A stretch of DNA of 64,000 bases from Minisyncoccia bacterium (lineage in GTDB: Bacteria > Patescibacteriota > Minisyncoccia > Phycocordibacterales > CAIZLB01). Made by a program: the position numbers and the translations under genes. The notes beneath the pieces were generated by a model that did no database searches, was not told where the DNA came from, and saw only the letters and a list, made by a program, of their open reading frames with translations. The DNA lies in NCBI GenBank assembly GCA_041752275.1, contig JBGSHK010000015.1, forward strand, positions 641 through 64,640. The letters run 5' to 3'. How positions within the stretch are numbered: position 1 is the first letter of the stretch; each line of letters begins with the position of its first letter. Below are positions 8,854 to 19,900 of the stretch, piece after piece.

Positions 8854-9840
8854 TTAACCTTGACCTCCTGTTGAAATATTAGAACCAATAATGTTATCCC
8901 GATACTCAGGCCATACATAGTAAGTATTTCCTGAAATAACCGGCAAAACCATACCAGTAGCATATGGATAGGTAGTCCATCCTTTTCCGCCTGGTTTGAG
9001 ATCATCTAATGTTGCTATGCGAACAGCAATCGGATAAACCCAACTCCACTCTGCTGCCTGAAACTTAAGCCTAAGTTGATTTGTGGTCGGCTTGATTTCA
9101 GTGTTTTGAATGTGTCCATATTGTGGATATACTACAATGGTATTTAAACCAGTTGTATATTCCTGTTGTTGAATTTTATCAAAGAAGACATTGAGAAAGT
9201 TTGGTTGAACTCTAGCTGAACCCAACCGGATTCCTGTATTCATGTCATAACGAACACCGTCAACAACTAATTCAGAAAATTGACCAGAATTATTCATCCA
9301 ACCAGGAATCTGAACACGCCCATCAAACACATTTAGTTGATATAAATCACCATTACGATTTACCATGTGCGCCATAACAGCACCAATAATACGTAACTCT
9401 GAATCATTCAAATTAAACCACACATTTCCAGCATAATATGGTGTTTGGTAAACAAACTTATTACTAAGCGTGTCATGCACCTTTTCAAGCTGGAAACTTG
9501 TATCAGATCTAAATAAATTCATTCCATTCACATCATTGATGCGAACAGTCAGATTTATTTGTTCCTTTGGGTGAGTTGTTACAAATTCAACTTGTATCCT
9601 TTCGATGACTTTTTTAATGTCATCTATCGAATCAACATCATCAAGAGGTTGTGTAAACTCAAATGGCCTAAAGGTTGAGGCTGATCCGCAGATCAGATAA
9701 ATACTTTTTGCTTTTGCTAAAGCTTCTATAACTGCCATCTCACCGATGGATATACGTTCCGGCATTAAAACCGGGGTCGATACACCATTAGGTAAAACTG
9801 GAGTGGTTTGGGCTTGAGTAAGATTTGCAATGCAGAACAT
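8854..9840 (-). CDS. Hypothetical protein, probably secreted. A signal-peptide-like start (MKKIISVFTA...) lies out of frame at 9871-9869 across an A8 tract.
   Basis: 328-aa ORF. Upstream ATG plus an 8-A homopolymer would give MKKIISVFTAMFCIANLTQA-QT if the run were 7 A. Confidence 0.5.
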   Translation of the reverse strand: MFCIANLTQAQTTPVLPNGVSTPVLMPERISIGEMAVIEALAKAKSIYLICGSASTFRPFEFTQPLDDVDSIDDIKKVIERIQVEFVTTHPKEQINLTVRINDVNGMNLFRSDTSFQLEKVHDTLSNKFVYQTPYYAGNVWFNLNDSELRIIGAVMAHMVNRNGDLYQLNVFDGRVQIPGWMNNSGQFSELVVDGVRYDMNTGIRLGSARVQPNFLNVFFDKIQQQEYTTGLNTIVVYPQYGHIQNTEIKPTTNQLRLKFQAAEWSWVYPIAVRIATLDDLKPGGKGWTTYPYATGMVLPVISGNTYYVWPEYRDNIIGSNISTGGQG

Positions 9841-9909
9841 TGCAGTGAAGACGGAGATAATTTTTTTTCATATTTTCTGTATTTCTGTAGTTGTCTGTAG
9901 TTGTTTGGT

Positions 9910-10161
9910 TTATTGTTCAGTTTCTGGTTTCGGACCAAAATTAGCATTCAGTCCAAATTGGACCGTGGCTGTTTCTGGTTCTTCTGGTTCTTGTATTTCC
10001 TTTTTTTCTTCCGAAATAGTTGCTTTGTCTGTGTTTTTCAACGTAAGACTAGGCACTGTTTTCTCAGAGTTTTTTGGTTGATCTTGAAAATTGGAAACCG
10101 TTAAAACACCGGCTCCAATCAACAAAACAAACCCCAACAGGACTGTTAATGTGCTTTTCAT
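9910..10161 (-). CDS. Small membrane/secreted protein, hypothetical
   Basis: 83 aa with an N-terminal hydrophobic segment. Confidence 0.4.
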   Translation of the reverse strand: MKSTLTVLLGFVLLIGAGVLTVSNFQDQPKNSEKTVPSLTLKNTDKATISEEKKEIQEPEEPETATVQFGLNANFGPKPETEQ

Positions 10162-10233
10162 AACTTAAAAATAATAGCATATATAGACTTAAAAGTCAAT
10201 ATATATGCGCAATTCACCTTAATATATAAGGTT

Positions 10234-11106
10234 TTATAGTTTTTTTTCCGCCTCCAACACTCCTTCTATTCCCCCATTCAAAAACCCGTCCACATCACTA
10301 GTCTCAAACTCAACTCTATGATCCTTAACCATTTTATATGGATGCAACACATAAGATCTTATCTGACTTCCCCATTCTATGGTAACAGTGTTTGTAGTCG
10401 ACAAACCTTTTTCCTTCAACTTCATATCATCTTCTTTTTTCTTTAAAAGTTTGGCTTTGATGATGTTTATTGCTCTTTCCTTGTTTTGTCCCTGAGATCT
10501 TTCCTCTGTCACATGTACTGACAGGCCCGTTGGTTTGTGGACCACTCTTACAGCTGTTTCTCTTTTGTTTACATTTTGCCCACCAGCACCACCTGCTTTT
10601 GCAAAAGATATATCCAAGTCTGATTCTGACAAATCAACAGAAACATGTGTATCTATCTTGGGTACAACTTCAACCAAAGCAAAAGATGTATGTCTCAAGC
10701 CTTTAGAGTTAAATGGTGACATGCGAACTAGTCTGTGCACGCCTGATTCATTTTTCAAAATACCATATGAGTTTTTTCCTTTTACTTCAAACATTATGTT
10801 TTTATATCCCCCCAGATTATTTTTACTGTCATCTATTATAGAAATCCCCCAACCTCTATTTGTCGCATATTTAAAATACATGTTATACAACATCGAAACA
10901 AAATCCTCAGAGTCGTCACCTCCGGCCCCAGCGATGATTGATATGATAGAGTCAAAAGATGAAAAATCATTTTTAATAAGATCAGTTTTTAAATCCTGCA
11001 ATTCCCTCATCATAGTCTGCGCTCCAACAGAGTCATTCCAAAAATCAGGATTTAACATTAAAACCTCTATTTCTTGTATTCTTTTTTTTGCCTCTATGGT
11101 ATTCAT
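10234..11106 (-). CDS. prfB: Peptide chain release factor 2 (short form, no programmed +1 frameshift)
   Basis: SPF tripeptide (MSPFNSKG) and GGQ motif ([11 protein letters not shown]). Starts 5 nt after the RNase J stop, so there is no room for an upstream frameshifted exon. Confidence 0.85.
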   Translation of the reverse strand: MNTIEAKKRIQEIEVLMLNPDFWNDSVGAQTMMRELQDLKTDLIKNDFSSFDSIISIIAGAGGDDSEDFVSMLYNMYFKYATNRGWGISIIDDSKNNLGGYKNIMFEVKGKNSYGILKNESGVHRLVRMSPFNSKGLRHTSFALVEVVPKIDTHVSVDLSESDLDISFAKAGGAGGQNVNKRETAVRVVHKPTGLSVHVTEERSQGQNKERAINIIKAKLLKKKEDDMKLKEKGLSTTNTVTIEWGSQIRSYVLHPYKMVKDHRVEFETSDVDGFLNGGIEGVLEAEKKL

Positions 11107-11111
11107 TTATC

Positions 11112-12596
11112 TTAATCTAGTATAACGCTTTCGCCTTGCTCTGGGTGCACAGCATCTATATCATAATAATCACGAAGTCTTTGTACCAAAAACAAAGCTG
11201 ACTTAGTTTCTCCCATGGTAACAAAAACTTTCTTCAAAGTCTCACCTGCCGTTGAAGCAAACTCTTGTAAACCATCAGAGTCTTTATGTCCAGAATAACC
11301 ATCTATTTTTCTTATCTCGGCATTTATTTTAACTTCATTGTCATATATTTTTACAGACTTTGCTCCATCGTAGATCTCCCGACCCAAAGTTCCTATTGCC
11401 TGAAAACCTAAAAATAAAAGTATAGTGTTATGTGCAGATAAATACCTGAGTTCATGATGTTGTATGCGACCCCCTGTTGACATACCTGATCCAGCCATAA
11501 TTATTTTTGGATTGCGACTATGTAGTATAGCTTTTGATTCTTCAGCAGAACCTACTATATGCAAGTTTCTAAAGTTCAATATATCATCACCTTTTTTTAT
11601 TCTCTTTTTTGTTTGATCATTATAATCATCTTTATATTTTTTGTATATTGGTAAAAGTTTTGAAGCTAAAGGAGAATCAAGGTAAACAGGTAGCTCTGGA
11701 ATAATCTTATCTTCAAATAAGGTATTCATTTCTGATAATATTTCCTGAGTTTTTTCTAGCGAAAATGATGGTATCAATAAAACTCCTTGTCTACCTATAA
11801 TGTCTTCAATACATTCTTGCAATTGTTTTAATCTAGTTTTTTTATCTTCATGATTTCTATCACCGTAAACACTTTCCATAACAACATAATCAACACCTTC
11901 TATACTTTCTGTATCTTTTAGTATTGGGTTCGGACTATTTCCAAGATCTCCTGTAAACATAAACTTTCGTAACTTTTGATTTAGATTTATACGTATTTCA
12001 AACATCGATGCACCTAAAACATGTCCTGGATCTTTTAAATACACCGACACAACAGAATCTTTGTTAATCTCTTTTTTTGTTTTTTCATGACCCTCATCTA
12101 GATCAAACAATACAAAATCTTTATGATAAGGTATGGTTTTCCATAACTCAAAAGCATGCCTTGTGTCTTCAGGACCATACAATGGATCTATATTTTTATG
12201 TTTTGCATCTTCAGTTATAAGTTTAAGTGCATCTTCTAACATATATACACAAAGGTCTCGAGTTTCTGGAGTACTATATATAATACCGCGAAAGCCATGC
12301 TTAACTAGTTTAGGTATAAGACCTATATGATCCATATGTGCGTGAGTAACAAGTAACATATCTATCTCTTTTGGGTCAAATATAAAAGGTGAAGCATTGT
12401 ACTCTTTGGCTTTTTCACTACCTTGCTCCATACCACAATCTATAAGGAGTTTTTTTACTCCTTGATTTTTATTTATTTCAAGTAAAAAGTTTGCTCCTGT
12501 AACCGACGATACCCCGCCGCAGAAAGTTATTTTTGCAAATTCTTTTGCTGATGATCCTTGTGTGAAATTCTTTTTAGAGGTATTTTGTAAAACCAT
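11112..12596 (-). CDS. rnj: Ribonuclease J (metallo-beta-lactamase/beta-CASP)
   Basis: HxHxDH motif LVTHAHMDHIGLIP; ~490 aa with beta-CASP architecture. Confidence 0.85.
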   Translation of the reverse strand: MVLQNTSKKNFTQGSSAKEFAKITFCGGVSSVTGANFLLEINKNQGVKKLLIDCGMEQGSEKAKEYNASPFIFDPKEIDMLLVTHAHMDHIGLIPKLVKHGFRGIIYSTPETRDLCVYMLEDALKLITEDAKHKNIDPLYGPEDTRHAFELWKTIPYHKDFVLFDLDEGHEKTKKEINKDSVVSVYLKDPGHVLGASMFEIRINLNQKLRKFMFTGDLGNSPNPILKDTESIEGVDYVVMESVYGDRNHEDKKTRLKQLQECIEDIIGRQGVLLIPSFSLEKTQEILSEMNTLFEDKIIPELPVYLDSPLASKLLPIYKKYKDDYNDQTKKRIKKGDDILNFRNLHIVGSAEESKAILHSRNPKIIMAGSGMSTGGRIQHHELRYLSAHNTILLFLGFQAIGTLGREIYDGAKSVKIYDNEVKINAEIRKIDGYSGHKDSDGLQEFASTAGETLKKVFVTMGETKSALFLVQRLRDYYDIDAVHPEQGESVILD

Positions 12597-12940
12597 ATAT
12601 ATGCAATTATCCCACCTAATGCATTCATAAGCAAATCAATATATGTATCTATCCAAAAACTCTTATTTATGAAAATATTTTTACCAATTTCGAATTCTAT
12701 ATATTCCCAAAGTATTGAAATTAAAATAATAACTATAAAAATATTTAAAGTGTTTATCATTTTTATTTCTTTTAAAATAGAAATAGCTAAAGCTGTTATA
12801 GATAGTCCTCCTATAAAATGCATCAATATATCCGCATTTGGATAAAAATAATAAAAACTAGAAACTTTTGCTACTGTATCAAAGGTTATGAGTGAGATAA
12901 GAAATATTAAACTTATAAAAAATAGTCTGTTATTATTCAT
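12527..12940 (-). CDS. Multi-TM membrane protein, hypothetical (start moved to MNNNRLFF at 12940)
   Basis: The ORF-track N-terminal extension uses a TTG start and overlaps a GC-rich structured region. The in-frame ATG at 12940-12938 is the first plausible start. Confidence 0.5.
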   Translation of the reverse strand: MNNNRLFFISLIFLISLITFDTVAKVSSFYYFYPNADILMHFIGGLSITALAISILKEIKMINTLNIFIVIILISILWEYIEFEIGKNIFINKSFWIDTYIDLLMNALGGIIAYIWFYKIPLKRISHKDHQQKNLQK

Positions 12941-12949
12941 AGCTTTAGC

Positions 12950-13046
12950 AAAGGTCGTTCGTTTTGTTTCTTCCGCCGAAAGGTCCTCGGAAGCAAAGCT
13001 TCCTGCGGGTCGGCTCATCCACAAAACTCACTTAGCAAACGACCTC
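12950..13046. ncRNA. GC-rich long imperfect hairpin; candidate small structured RNA (SRP-RNA-like element AGGUCCUCGGAAGCAAAGC on the + strand), identity unresolved
   Basis: ~50% GC in a 30% GC genome. Terminal helices GGUCGUU/AACGACC and CGUUUUGU/ACAAAACU enclose an apical GGAAGC-AAA-GCUUCC hairpin. A second hairpin CCTTAGT-AAGAA-CTAAGG lies at 13071-13098. Confidence 0.3.
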
Positions 13047-13204
13047 TCTTAAAGCCCTCGAATCGGTTGAGCCTTAGTAAGAACTAAGGTGGGTGTCCTG
13101 ATATATAAACCAAGGTCTATATATACGCAGACTCCCTAAAAATTTACATCTAAGTCAACCGTTCGAGAACAATTTAATTATAACAAATCTAAACCTTATA
13201 CAAA

Positions 13205-16200
13205 CTAGACAATTTTTCTTTTTATATTATAAACTTCGACTTCTTCATTTTCATCTGATTCATAATTTTTAGATATTTCTGTTTGTAATTTTACTATATC
13301 TTGATACTTTTTACTTCCTTCAAATCCTGTACCTGCAGGTATAAGTCTACCTATAAGCGTATTTTCCATAATACCGTATAGTGGATCATGTTGACCTTTT
13401 AGAGATGCATTTACAAGTATACGGTTTGTGTTTTGGAATGATGCCGCAGTCAAGAATGATTGTCTGTTTAGAGATCCTTCCATAGTACCCATGATAGCTA
13501 TTTTTCCTTTTGAAGGTAACATATTATTCTCTTCTACTTTTTTATTTGTATTCAAGAATTCAAATGTCTCAACAACATCGCCTACAGAAAATTCTGTATC
13601 ACCTTTATCTGTGATTCTTATTCTATTGAACATTTCACGAACGACTATTTCTATATGTTTTCTACCTAAGTTTACTCCTTGTAATTCATAAATCTTTTTA
13701 ACTTCACCGATGATATATGATTGAGCAAGATCACGTCCACCATATTCGTACAATTCATCAACATCAGCCGATCCATCAGTCATGATTTGACCTTTATGAA
13801 CATGTTGACCTACTTTTACATTTACAACACGTATAGGGTGAACAGAAAACTCAAGTTCGCTACCAGTTTTCTTTGAAGCTTTAACTGGAACATCTGGTAA
13901 TATTTTTATAATTTTTTCATTATTTTTTTCTATAACCGCAGTAACAACACCATCATGAGACGCTATAGCTGCTGGATTTTTAGGTGTTCTGTTTTCAAAT
14001 AACTCTTCAACACGAGGAAGACCAGCTGTAATATCTCCACCTGTTTGAGCCACACCTCCGGCGTGGAAAGTACGCATAGTTAACTGTGTTCCAGGCTCAC
14101 CAATAGCTTGAGCTGCAATAGTTCCAACAGATTCACCGATATCTATCATTTCTGCTGTTGAAAAATCAGAACCATAACAACGTGTACATATACCTCTGTC
14201 TGTTTTACATGTTAGTGGAGATCTAACACTTATTGTATCTATACCTGCTTTATCTATCACTTTTGCATCATCTTTACTTATAAGATGACCTTTTTTGAAC
14301 AATATTTCACCTTCAATATTTTTTATATCAGCAGCTAAAACTCTACCGAATATATTTTTACTAAATGATGTTTCTATACCTGAGGCAGTTTTTTTATTTA
14401 TAACTATAAAATCATTTGTTTTACAATCTTGCTCTGTGATAATAACTGATTGAGACAATATAAACAATTTACGAGTTAAATAACCGGCCTTAGCTGTGTT
14501 CAAAGCAGTATCGGTCATACCTTTACGTGCACCGTGAGTAGAGATGAAGTATTCGATCGGAGTCAAACCTTCTTTGAAAGAAGACTTTATAGGAAGTTCT
14601 ATTGTTGTACCTTGAGCTGTTGCAATAAGACCTTTGATACCAACCATTTGATTAATGTTACCTATAGAACCACGAGCCCCTGAAAGGACCATGTCATTTA
14701 CAGGACCATTGTCAGGCAAAGTCGCTGGTATCATTTTTTCTATTTGTGATTGAACAGCTTGCCACAAACGAACAATTTTTATATGTTTTTCTGTTTCTGA
14801 AAGTAAACCTTTATCATAAGCACTGTAAACATCGTCAGCCAACTCTTGTGCATCATCTAAGGCTTTATATTTATCTTCTGGAATCTGTATATCAGATATA
14901 GACCATGTTATACCTGATTTTGTAGCAAAATTAAATCCAAATTTTTTGATTGAGTCTATTATTGGTGCAACACTATTTCTTCCTTCACGAATAATCAATT
15001 CATCAATAATACTATTCATCACACCCTTATTTATCTCACGATTTATAAAAGTAATTGATTTTGGTAATATTTGGTTGAAAAGTATTCTTCCAACAGTTGT
15101 GTCGAAAAGTTTACCTGAATATTCACCAAACTTAGCATCCTCTGGCGCCAAAACTTTTATCGGAGCTCTGTATGAAATAACATTATTATTTAATGCTACA
15201 ATAGCAGCTTCCGGAGATTCAAAATATTTATCCGCACCTAATTCACTTGAAACAAGTTTTGTTACCCAATAAGATCCAACAACGATGTCAAGCATTTTAT
15301 CTGTAATAGTTGCATCACCTGTTCCTGGTTTCAAAATATTTTTATCTGATGCCATGATGTTTTTTGCTTCATGTTGAGCTTCTTCAGATAGAGGGACGTG
15401 TACGGACATAGTATCACCGTCAAAGTCAGCGTTAAAAGGAGAACATACTAGAGGGTGTAGTTGTATAGCATTTCCTTCTATAAGAACAGGCATGAAAGCT
15501 TGAACAGAAAGTCTATGTAGTGTTGGTGCACGGTTTAAAAGAACATATTTATCCTTTATAACATCTTCCAATATAGACCATACAACTTCATCTTTATCTT
15601 CTATCATTCTATTTGCTCCTTTTATAGAGAAAGCAAGTTCTTTGCCGAGTATTTGAGAAATAACAAATGGTTTAAACAGTTCAAGTGCCATATTTTTTGG
15701 GAGACCACATTGATTTAGTTTAAGATCAGGCCCTACAACAATCACTGAACGTCCTGAATAGTCAACACGTTTACCAAGTAAGTTTTGACGGAAAATACCT
15801 CTTTTACCTTTTAGGTTATCAGCAATAGATTTTAATGATCTTTTTTGTCCTGGATTTATTCCTGAAAAAGCTGGACCATTTCCTTTCATTGAGTTGTCCA
15901 ATAGAGCATCCACAGCTTCTTGTAGAATTCTTTTTTCATTTCTCAAAATAACATCAGGTGCCTTTATGTCATAAAGTTTTTTAAGACGATTGTTTCTGTT
16001 TATAACTCTTCTATAGAGATCGTTTATATCAGATGTAGCTTGACGACCTCCGTCGAGCGCTACCATAGGTCTAAGTGCAGCAGGAATAACAGGTAAGGCT
16101 TTGATAAAAGTCCATTCTGGTCTTACACCTGATTTTTTCATAGCATTGATAAACCCTAATCTTCTTATGATTTTTTCTTTTTCAATAGATGTTGCTTTTT

Positions 16201-16936
16201 CAAGATCTATTGTTAGTTTTTTATGTAAATCATCTATGTTTAAACCTTTAAGTATGTTGAAAATAACTTCACTACCTATACCAGCCTCAAAAGCTGAGCC
16301 AAATTTATATGAGAACTTGTGATATTGATTTTCATCAAGAACTTTACCTATTTGTATCATATCTATATCAGCTTTTGTACTAGCCATAAGATCCCTAATT
16401 GCATCTTTTGTTTTTTCATCAACTATATTTTTCATCTTTGATTTAAACTCATCATCAAGTTCTCTGTGTAGTCTCGTCTTTTCTTTTTCATCAACTTTAG
16501 TTATAAGATAACCTGCAAAGTATATAACTTTCTCGACTTCACCTGCTGGCATACCAAGTATAGTAGCTATACGTGATGGCATGTTTTTTAAATACCAAAT
16601 ATGTGACACAGGAACACAAAGCTCAATATGTCCCATACGTTCACGACGAACTATTGATTTTACTATTTCAACTCCACATTTTTCACATACTATACCTTTA
16701 TATCTTATACCTTTATATTTTCCACAATAACATTCATAATCTTTTTCTGGACCAAAAATCTTTTCACAGAAAAGACCATCACGCTCAGATCTTGCTGTTC
16801 TGTAGTTTAGAGTTTCTGGTTTTTTAACCTCACCTCTTGACCATTGTCTTATTTTTTCAGGAGATGCAAGTTTTATTGAAACTGAATCAATATCATCAAC
16901 TGAAGTTCTTATATTTATTTTTTTATCTTTTAACAT
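13205..16936 (-). CDS. rpoC: DNA-directed RNA polymerase subunit beta'
   Basis: 1243 aa with the NADFDGD catalytic motif and zinc-binding Cys clusters. Confidence 0.95.
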   Translation of the reverse strand: MLKDKKINIRTSVDDIDSVSIKLASPEKIRQWSRGEVKKPETLNYRTARSERDGLFCEKIFGPEKDYECYCGKYKGIRYKGIVCEKCGVEIVKSIVRRERMGHIELCVPVSHIWYLKNMPSRIATILGMPAGEVEKVIYFAGYLITKVDEKEKTRLHRELDDEFKSKMKNIVDEKTKDAIRDLMASTKADIDMIQIGKVLDENQYHKFSYKFGSAFEAGIGSEVIFNILKGLNIDDLHKKLTIDLEKATSIEKEKIIRRLGFINAMKKSGVRPEWTFIKALPVIPAALRPMVALDGGRQATSDINDLYRRVINRNNRLKKLYDIKAPDVILRNEKRILQEAVDALLDNSMKGNGPAFSGINPGQKRSLKSIADNLKGKRGIFRQNLLGKRVDYSGRSVIVVGPDLKLNQCGLPKNMALELFKPFVISQILGKELAFSIKGANRMIEDKDEVVWSILEDVIKDKYVLLNRAPTLHRLSVQAFMPVLIEGNAIQLHPLVCSPFNADFDGDTMSVHVPLSEEAQHEAKNIMASDKNILKPGTGDATITDKMLDIVVGSYWVTKLVSSELGADKYFESPEAAIVALNNNVISYRAPIKVLAPEDAKFGEYSGKLFDTTVGRILFNQILPKSITFINREINKGVMNSIIDELIIREGRNSVAPIIDSIKKFGFNFATKSGITWSISDIQIPEDKYKALDDAQELADDVYSAYDKGLLSETEKHIKIVRLWQAVQSQIEKMIPATLPDNGPVNDMVLSGARGSIGNINQMVGIKGLIATAQGTTIELPIKSSFKEGLTPIEYFISTHGARKGMTDTALNTAKAGYLTRKLFILSQSVIITEQDCKTNDFIVINKKTASGIETSFSKNIFGRVLAADIKNIEGEILFKKGHLISKDDAKVIDKAGIDTISVRSPLTCKTDRGICTRCYGSDFSTAEMIDIGESVGTIAAQAIGEPGTQLTMRTFHAGGVAQTGGDITAGLPRVEELFENRTPKNPAAIASHDGVVTAVIEKNNEKIIKILPDVPVKASKKTGSELEFSVHPIRVVNVKVGQHVHKGQIMTDGSADVDELYEYGGRDLAQSYIIGEVKKIYELQGVNLGRKHIEIVVREMFNRIRITDKGDTEFSVGDVVETFEFLNTNKKVEENNMLPSKGKIAIMGTMEGSLNRQSFLTAASFQNTNRILVNASLKGQHDPLYGIMENTLIGRLIPAGTGFEGSKKYQDIVKLQTEISKNYESDENEEVEVYNIKRKIV

Positions 16937-16984
16937 ATTTTTTAATTTTGTTTTTGATTATTTTTTTTAAATTTTAAATAAATT

Positions 16985-19900
16985 TTATTCTTCTTTTGAT
17001 ACTACTTCTTCTATTTCAGAAAAACTATCTTCATCATCGGCGTCTATACCATATTCTTCTTCTCCATAAGATTTATTTTCAGAATGATTTCCAACATGAC
17101 CTGTGTCTAAACCAACATCTATTTCTTTACCGTCGTGATTATCAAAACCAACATCAATACATAAACCACGTAGATTTGAAAGAAGCACATTAAATGATGC
17201 TGGTGTGTTTGGATCTGAAATTCTTTCACCTTTAACAATAGCATCGTAAGTTGCAGAACGTCCTAAAATATCATCTGATTTTATTGTAAGCATTTCACGT
17301 AAAGTATATGACGCTCCATATCCGGCCAACGCCCAAACTTCCATTTCTCCAAATCTTTGTCCTCCACCTTGTGCTTTACCACCAAGAGGTTGTTGAGTTA
17401 TAAGTGAGTATGGACCAGTTGAACGTGCATGAACTTTATCTTCAACCATGTGGTGAAGTTTAAGCATATACATATATCCAACAGAAACATCTTGTTCAAA
17501 TTTTTCTCCTGTTCTACCGTCAAAAAGTTTCATTTTTCCAGATCTGTTGTATCCAGCAGCTTCAAGTTCATCTTGAACCTCGTCAGGTGTTGGACCCATA
17601 AAAGCCGGCACTATAGCTTGATAGCCTAGTTTTGAAGCAGCTAAACCTAAATGTAACTCTAATATTTGACCCAAGTTCATACGAGATGGAACACCTAGTG
17701 GTGTAAGTATCATATCTACTGGAGTACCGTCTGCCATATAAGGCATATCTTCAACAGGCAACACACGAGATATAACACCTTTGTTTCCATGACGTCCCGC
17801 AAGTTTATCTCCAACTGAAATATTTCTAAGTAATGCAACTTCAACATATATTCTTTTAAGAATACCTGATTCAAGTTTATCACCTCTTTCTCTTGAAAAT
17901 ATTTTTACTCCGATAACACGACCTCTTTTACCATTTTCAAGACGTTTTGATGTATCTTTTACATCGCGTGCACGATCTCCGAAAATAGAACGGAGAAGTC
18001 TTTCCTCTGGAGTCAACTGTGTTTCTGTTTTAGGTGTAATTTTACCAACAAGTATGTCCCCTGGTCTAACTTCAGCACCTATACGAACAATACCTTCAGC
18101 ATCAAGATCTTTTAACTTACCTTCTGCAACGTTTGGTATATCATGAGTTGTGATTTCTGGTCCAATTTTTGTGTCACGAACGTTTATTACAAATTCTTCT
18201 ATATGTATAGATGTAAATTTAGATTTCTTTACCAAGTTTTCTGAAATAATAATAGCATCTTCATAGTTAGAACCTGACCATGTTAGGAAAGCTATAAGTA
18301 CATTTTGCCCTATTGCTATTTGTCCTTCAACAGATGTTGATGTGTCGGCCAAAACATCACCTCTTTTAACTTTTTGTCCAAGATTTACAATAGGTCTTTG
18401 ATGAAATGCTGTAAACTGATTTGTTTTATTGAAAACTGCAAGTTTATAAGTAGTTTCTCTTTTACCTTTTATTGTGATAGAAGCAGCATCAACAGCCGTT
18501 ATCTCACCATCTTCTGGCGCAATAATAACACGTCCTGTGTCACGAGCAGCAGTTTCTTCTATACCAGTTGCAACAAAAGGTGCTTCCGGCACTATACAAG
18601 GTGTTGCCTGCTTTTGCATACCTGATCCCATGAGTGATCTGTTGGCATCATTGTGATTTACAAAAGGAATCATACTTGTTGCAATAGAAAATGGTTGACC
18701 TGAAGCGATATCAATAAGATCAACATCTTTTTTATCAACTATTGTAGGATTACCTTTTATACGAACCTCTACCATTTCATCTGCGATTTGACCGTCTTTG
18801 TCATAATTAACAGCAGCATGGGCTATTTTAAAACCTTCTTCTTGAAGAGCGTCTAGATAAACTATTTCTTTTGTAATTTTTCCTTTTACAACTTTTGCAT
18901 ATGGAGTTTCTATCATTCCAAAACCATTTACTCTTGCATATGCTGCCAAGTGAAGTACTAGACCAATGTTGGCACCTTCAGGTGTATGTATAGGACAAAC
19001 ACGACCATAATGAGATGAATGAACATCACGAACCTCTACACCAGCTCTGTCAGATGAAAGACCTCCTTGACCAAGTGCTGTAAGTATACGTAAATGCTCT
19101 AACTCAGAAAGTACATTTTCCTGATTCATGAACTGTGATAATGGGTTTGTAGAAAAATATTCTTTTATACGAGCTTGCAATGGACGAGGAGATATAAGTT
19201 GCATAGGTTGAGATGTATCAGACTCTATGGTAGACATTCTATTTTGAACATTTTTCTTTATCTGTAGAAGTCCCAATCTTACTTTTTGTTGTAATTGCTC
19301 ACCAACAAATCTAACACGTCTTGATCCTAAGTGATCAACATCATCAGCTTCTGATTCAGGAATATTTGTCATGTTACATATATTGGAAATAAGTGTAACA
19401 AAGTCATCTATATTTAAAGTATTTCTTGATAATTCTTTTTCATCCATACTTTTTCCAAAACGAGAATTAAAACGAAAACGTCCAACTCTTGAAAAATCAT
19501 ATCTTTCTGCCTTAAACATATTTTCCACAAAATCTTTTGCATTTTGGGCAGTAGCCAACTCACCATCTCTCATTTTTTTATATATTTCAACCACAGCCTC
19601 ATCTCTTGTTTTTGTATGATCTTTTGCAAGAGTGTGTTCTATATATGATTTTAAATTTGCATCATCTCCAAAAAGAGCCTTTATTTCTGAATCTGTTTCC
19701 ACACCAAGAGCACGAAGCAAAGTTGTTACAGGGAACTTTCTTTTTTTATCAATCTTTACATAAACACAAGTATCAGTATCAGTATTGATCTCAATCCATG
19801 AACCACGTGCAGGTATGATTTTAACACCGATATAATTTTTACCTTTATGTTCGTCAGATGTGAAAAAAGCACCAAAACTTCTTGCAAGTTGTGGAACAAT

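Noticed and set aside
12941-13024. N-terminal extension of the membrane-protein ORF (TTG start at 13024)
   Set aside because: The extension runs through the GC-rich structured hairpin region and overlaps it completely. The in-frame ATG at 12940 gives a normal membrane-protein start.
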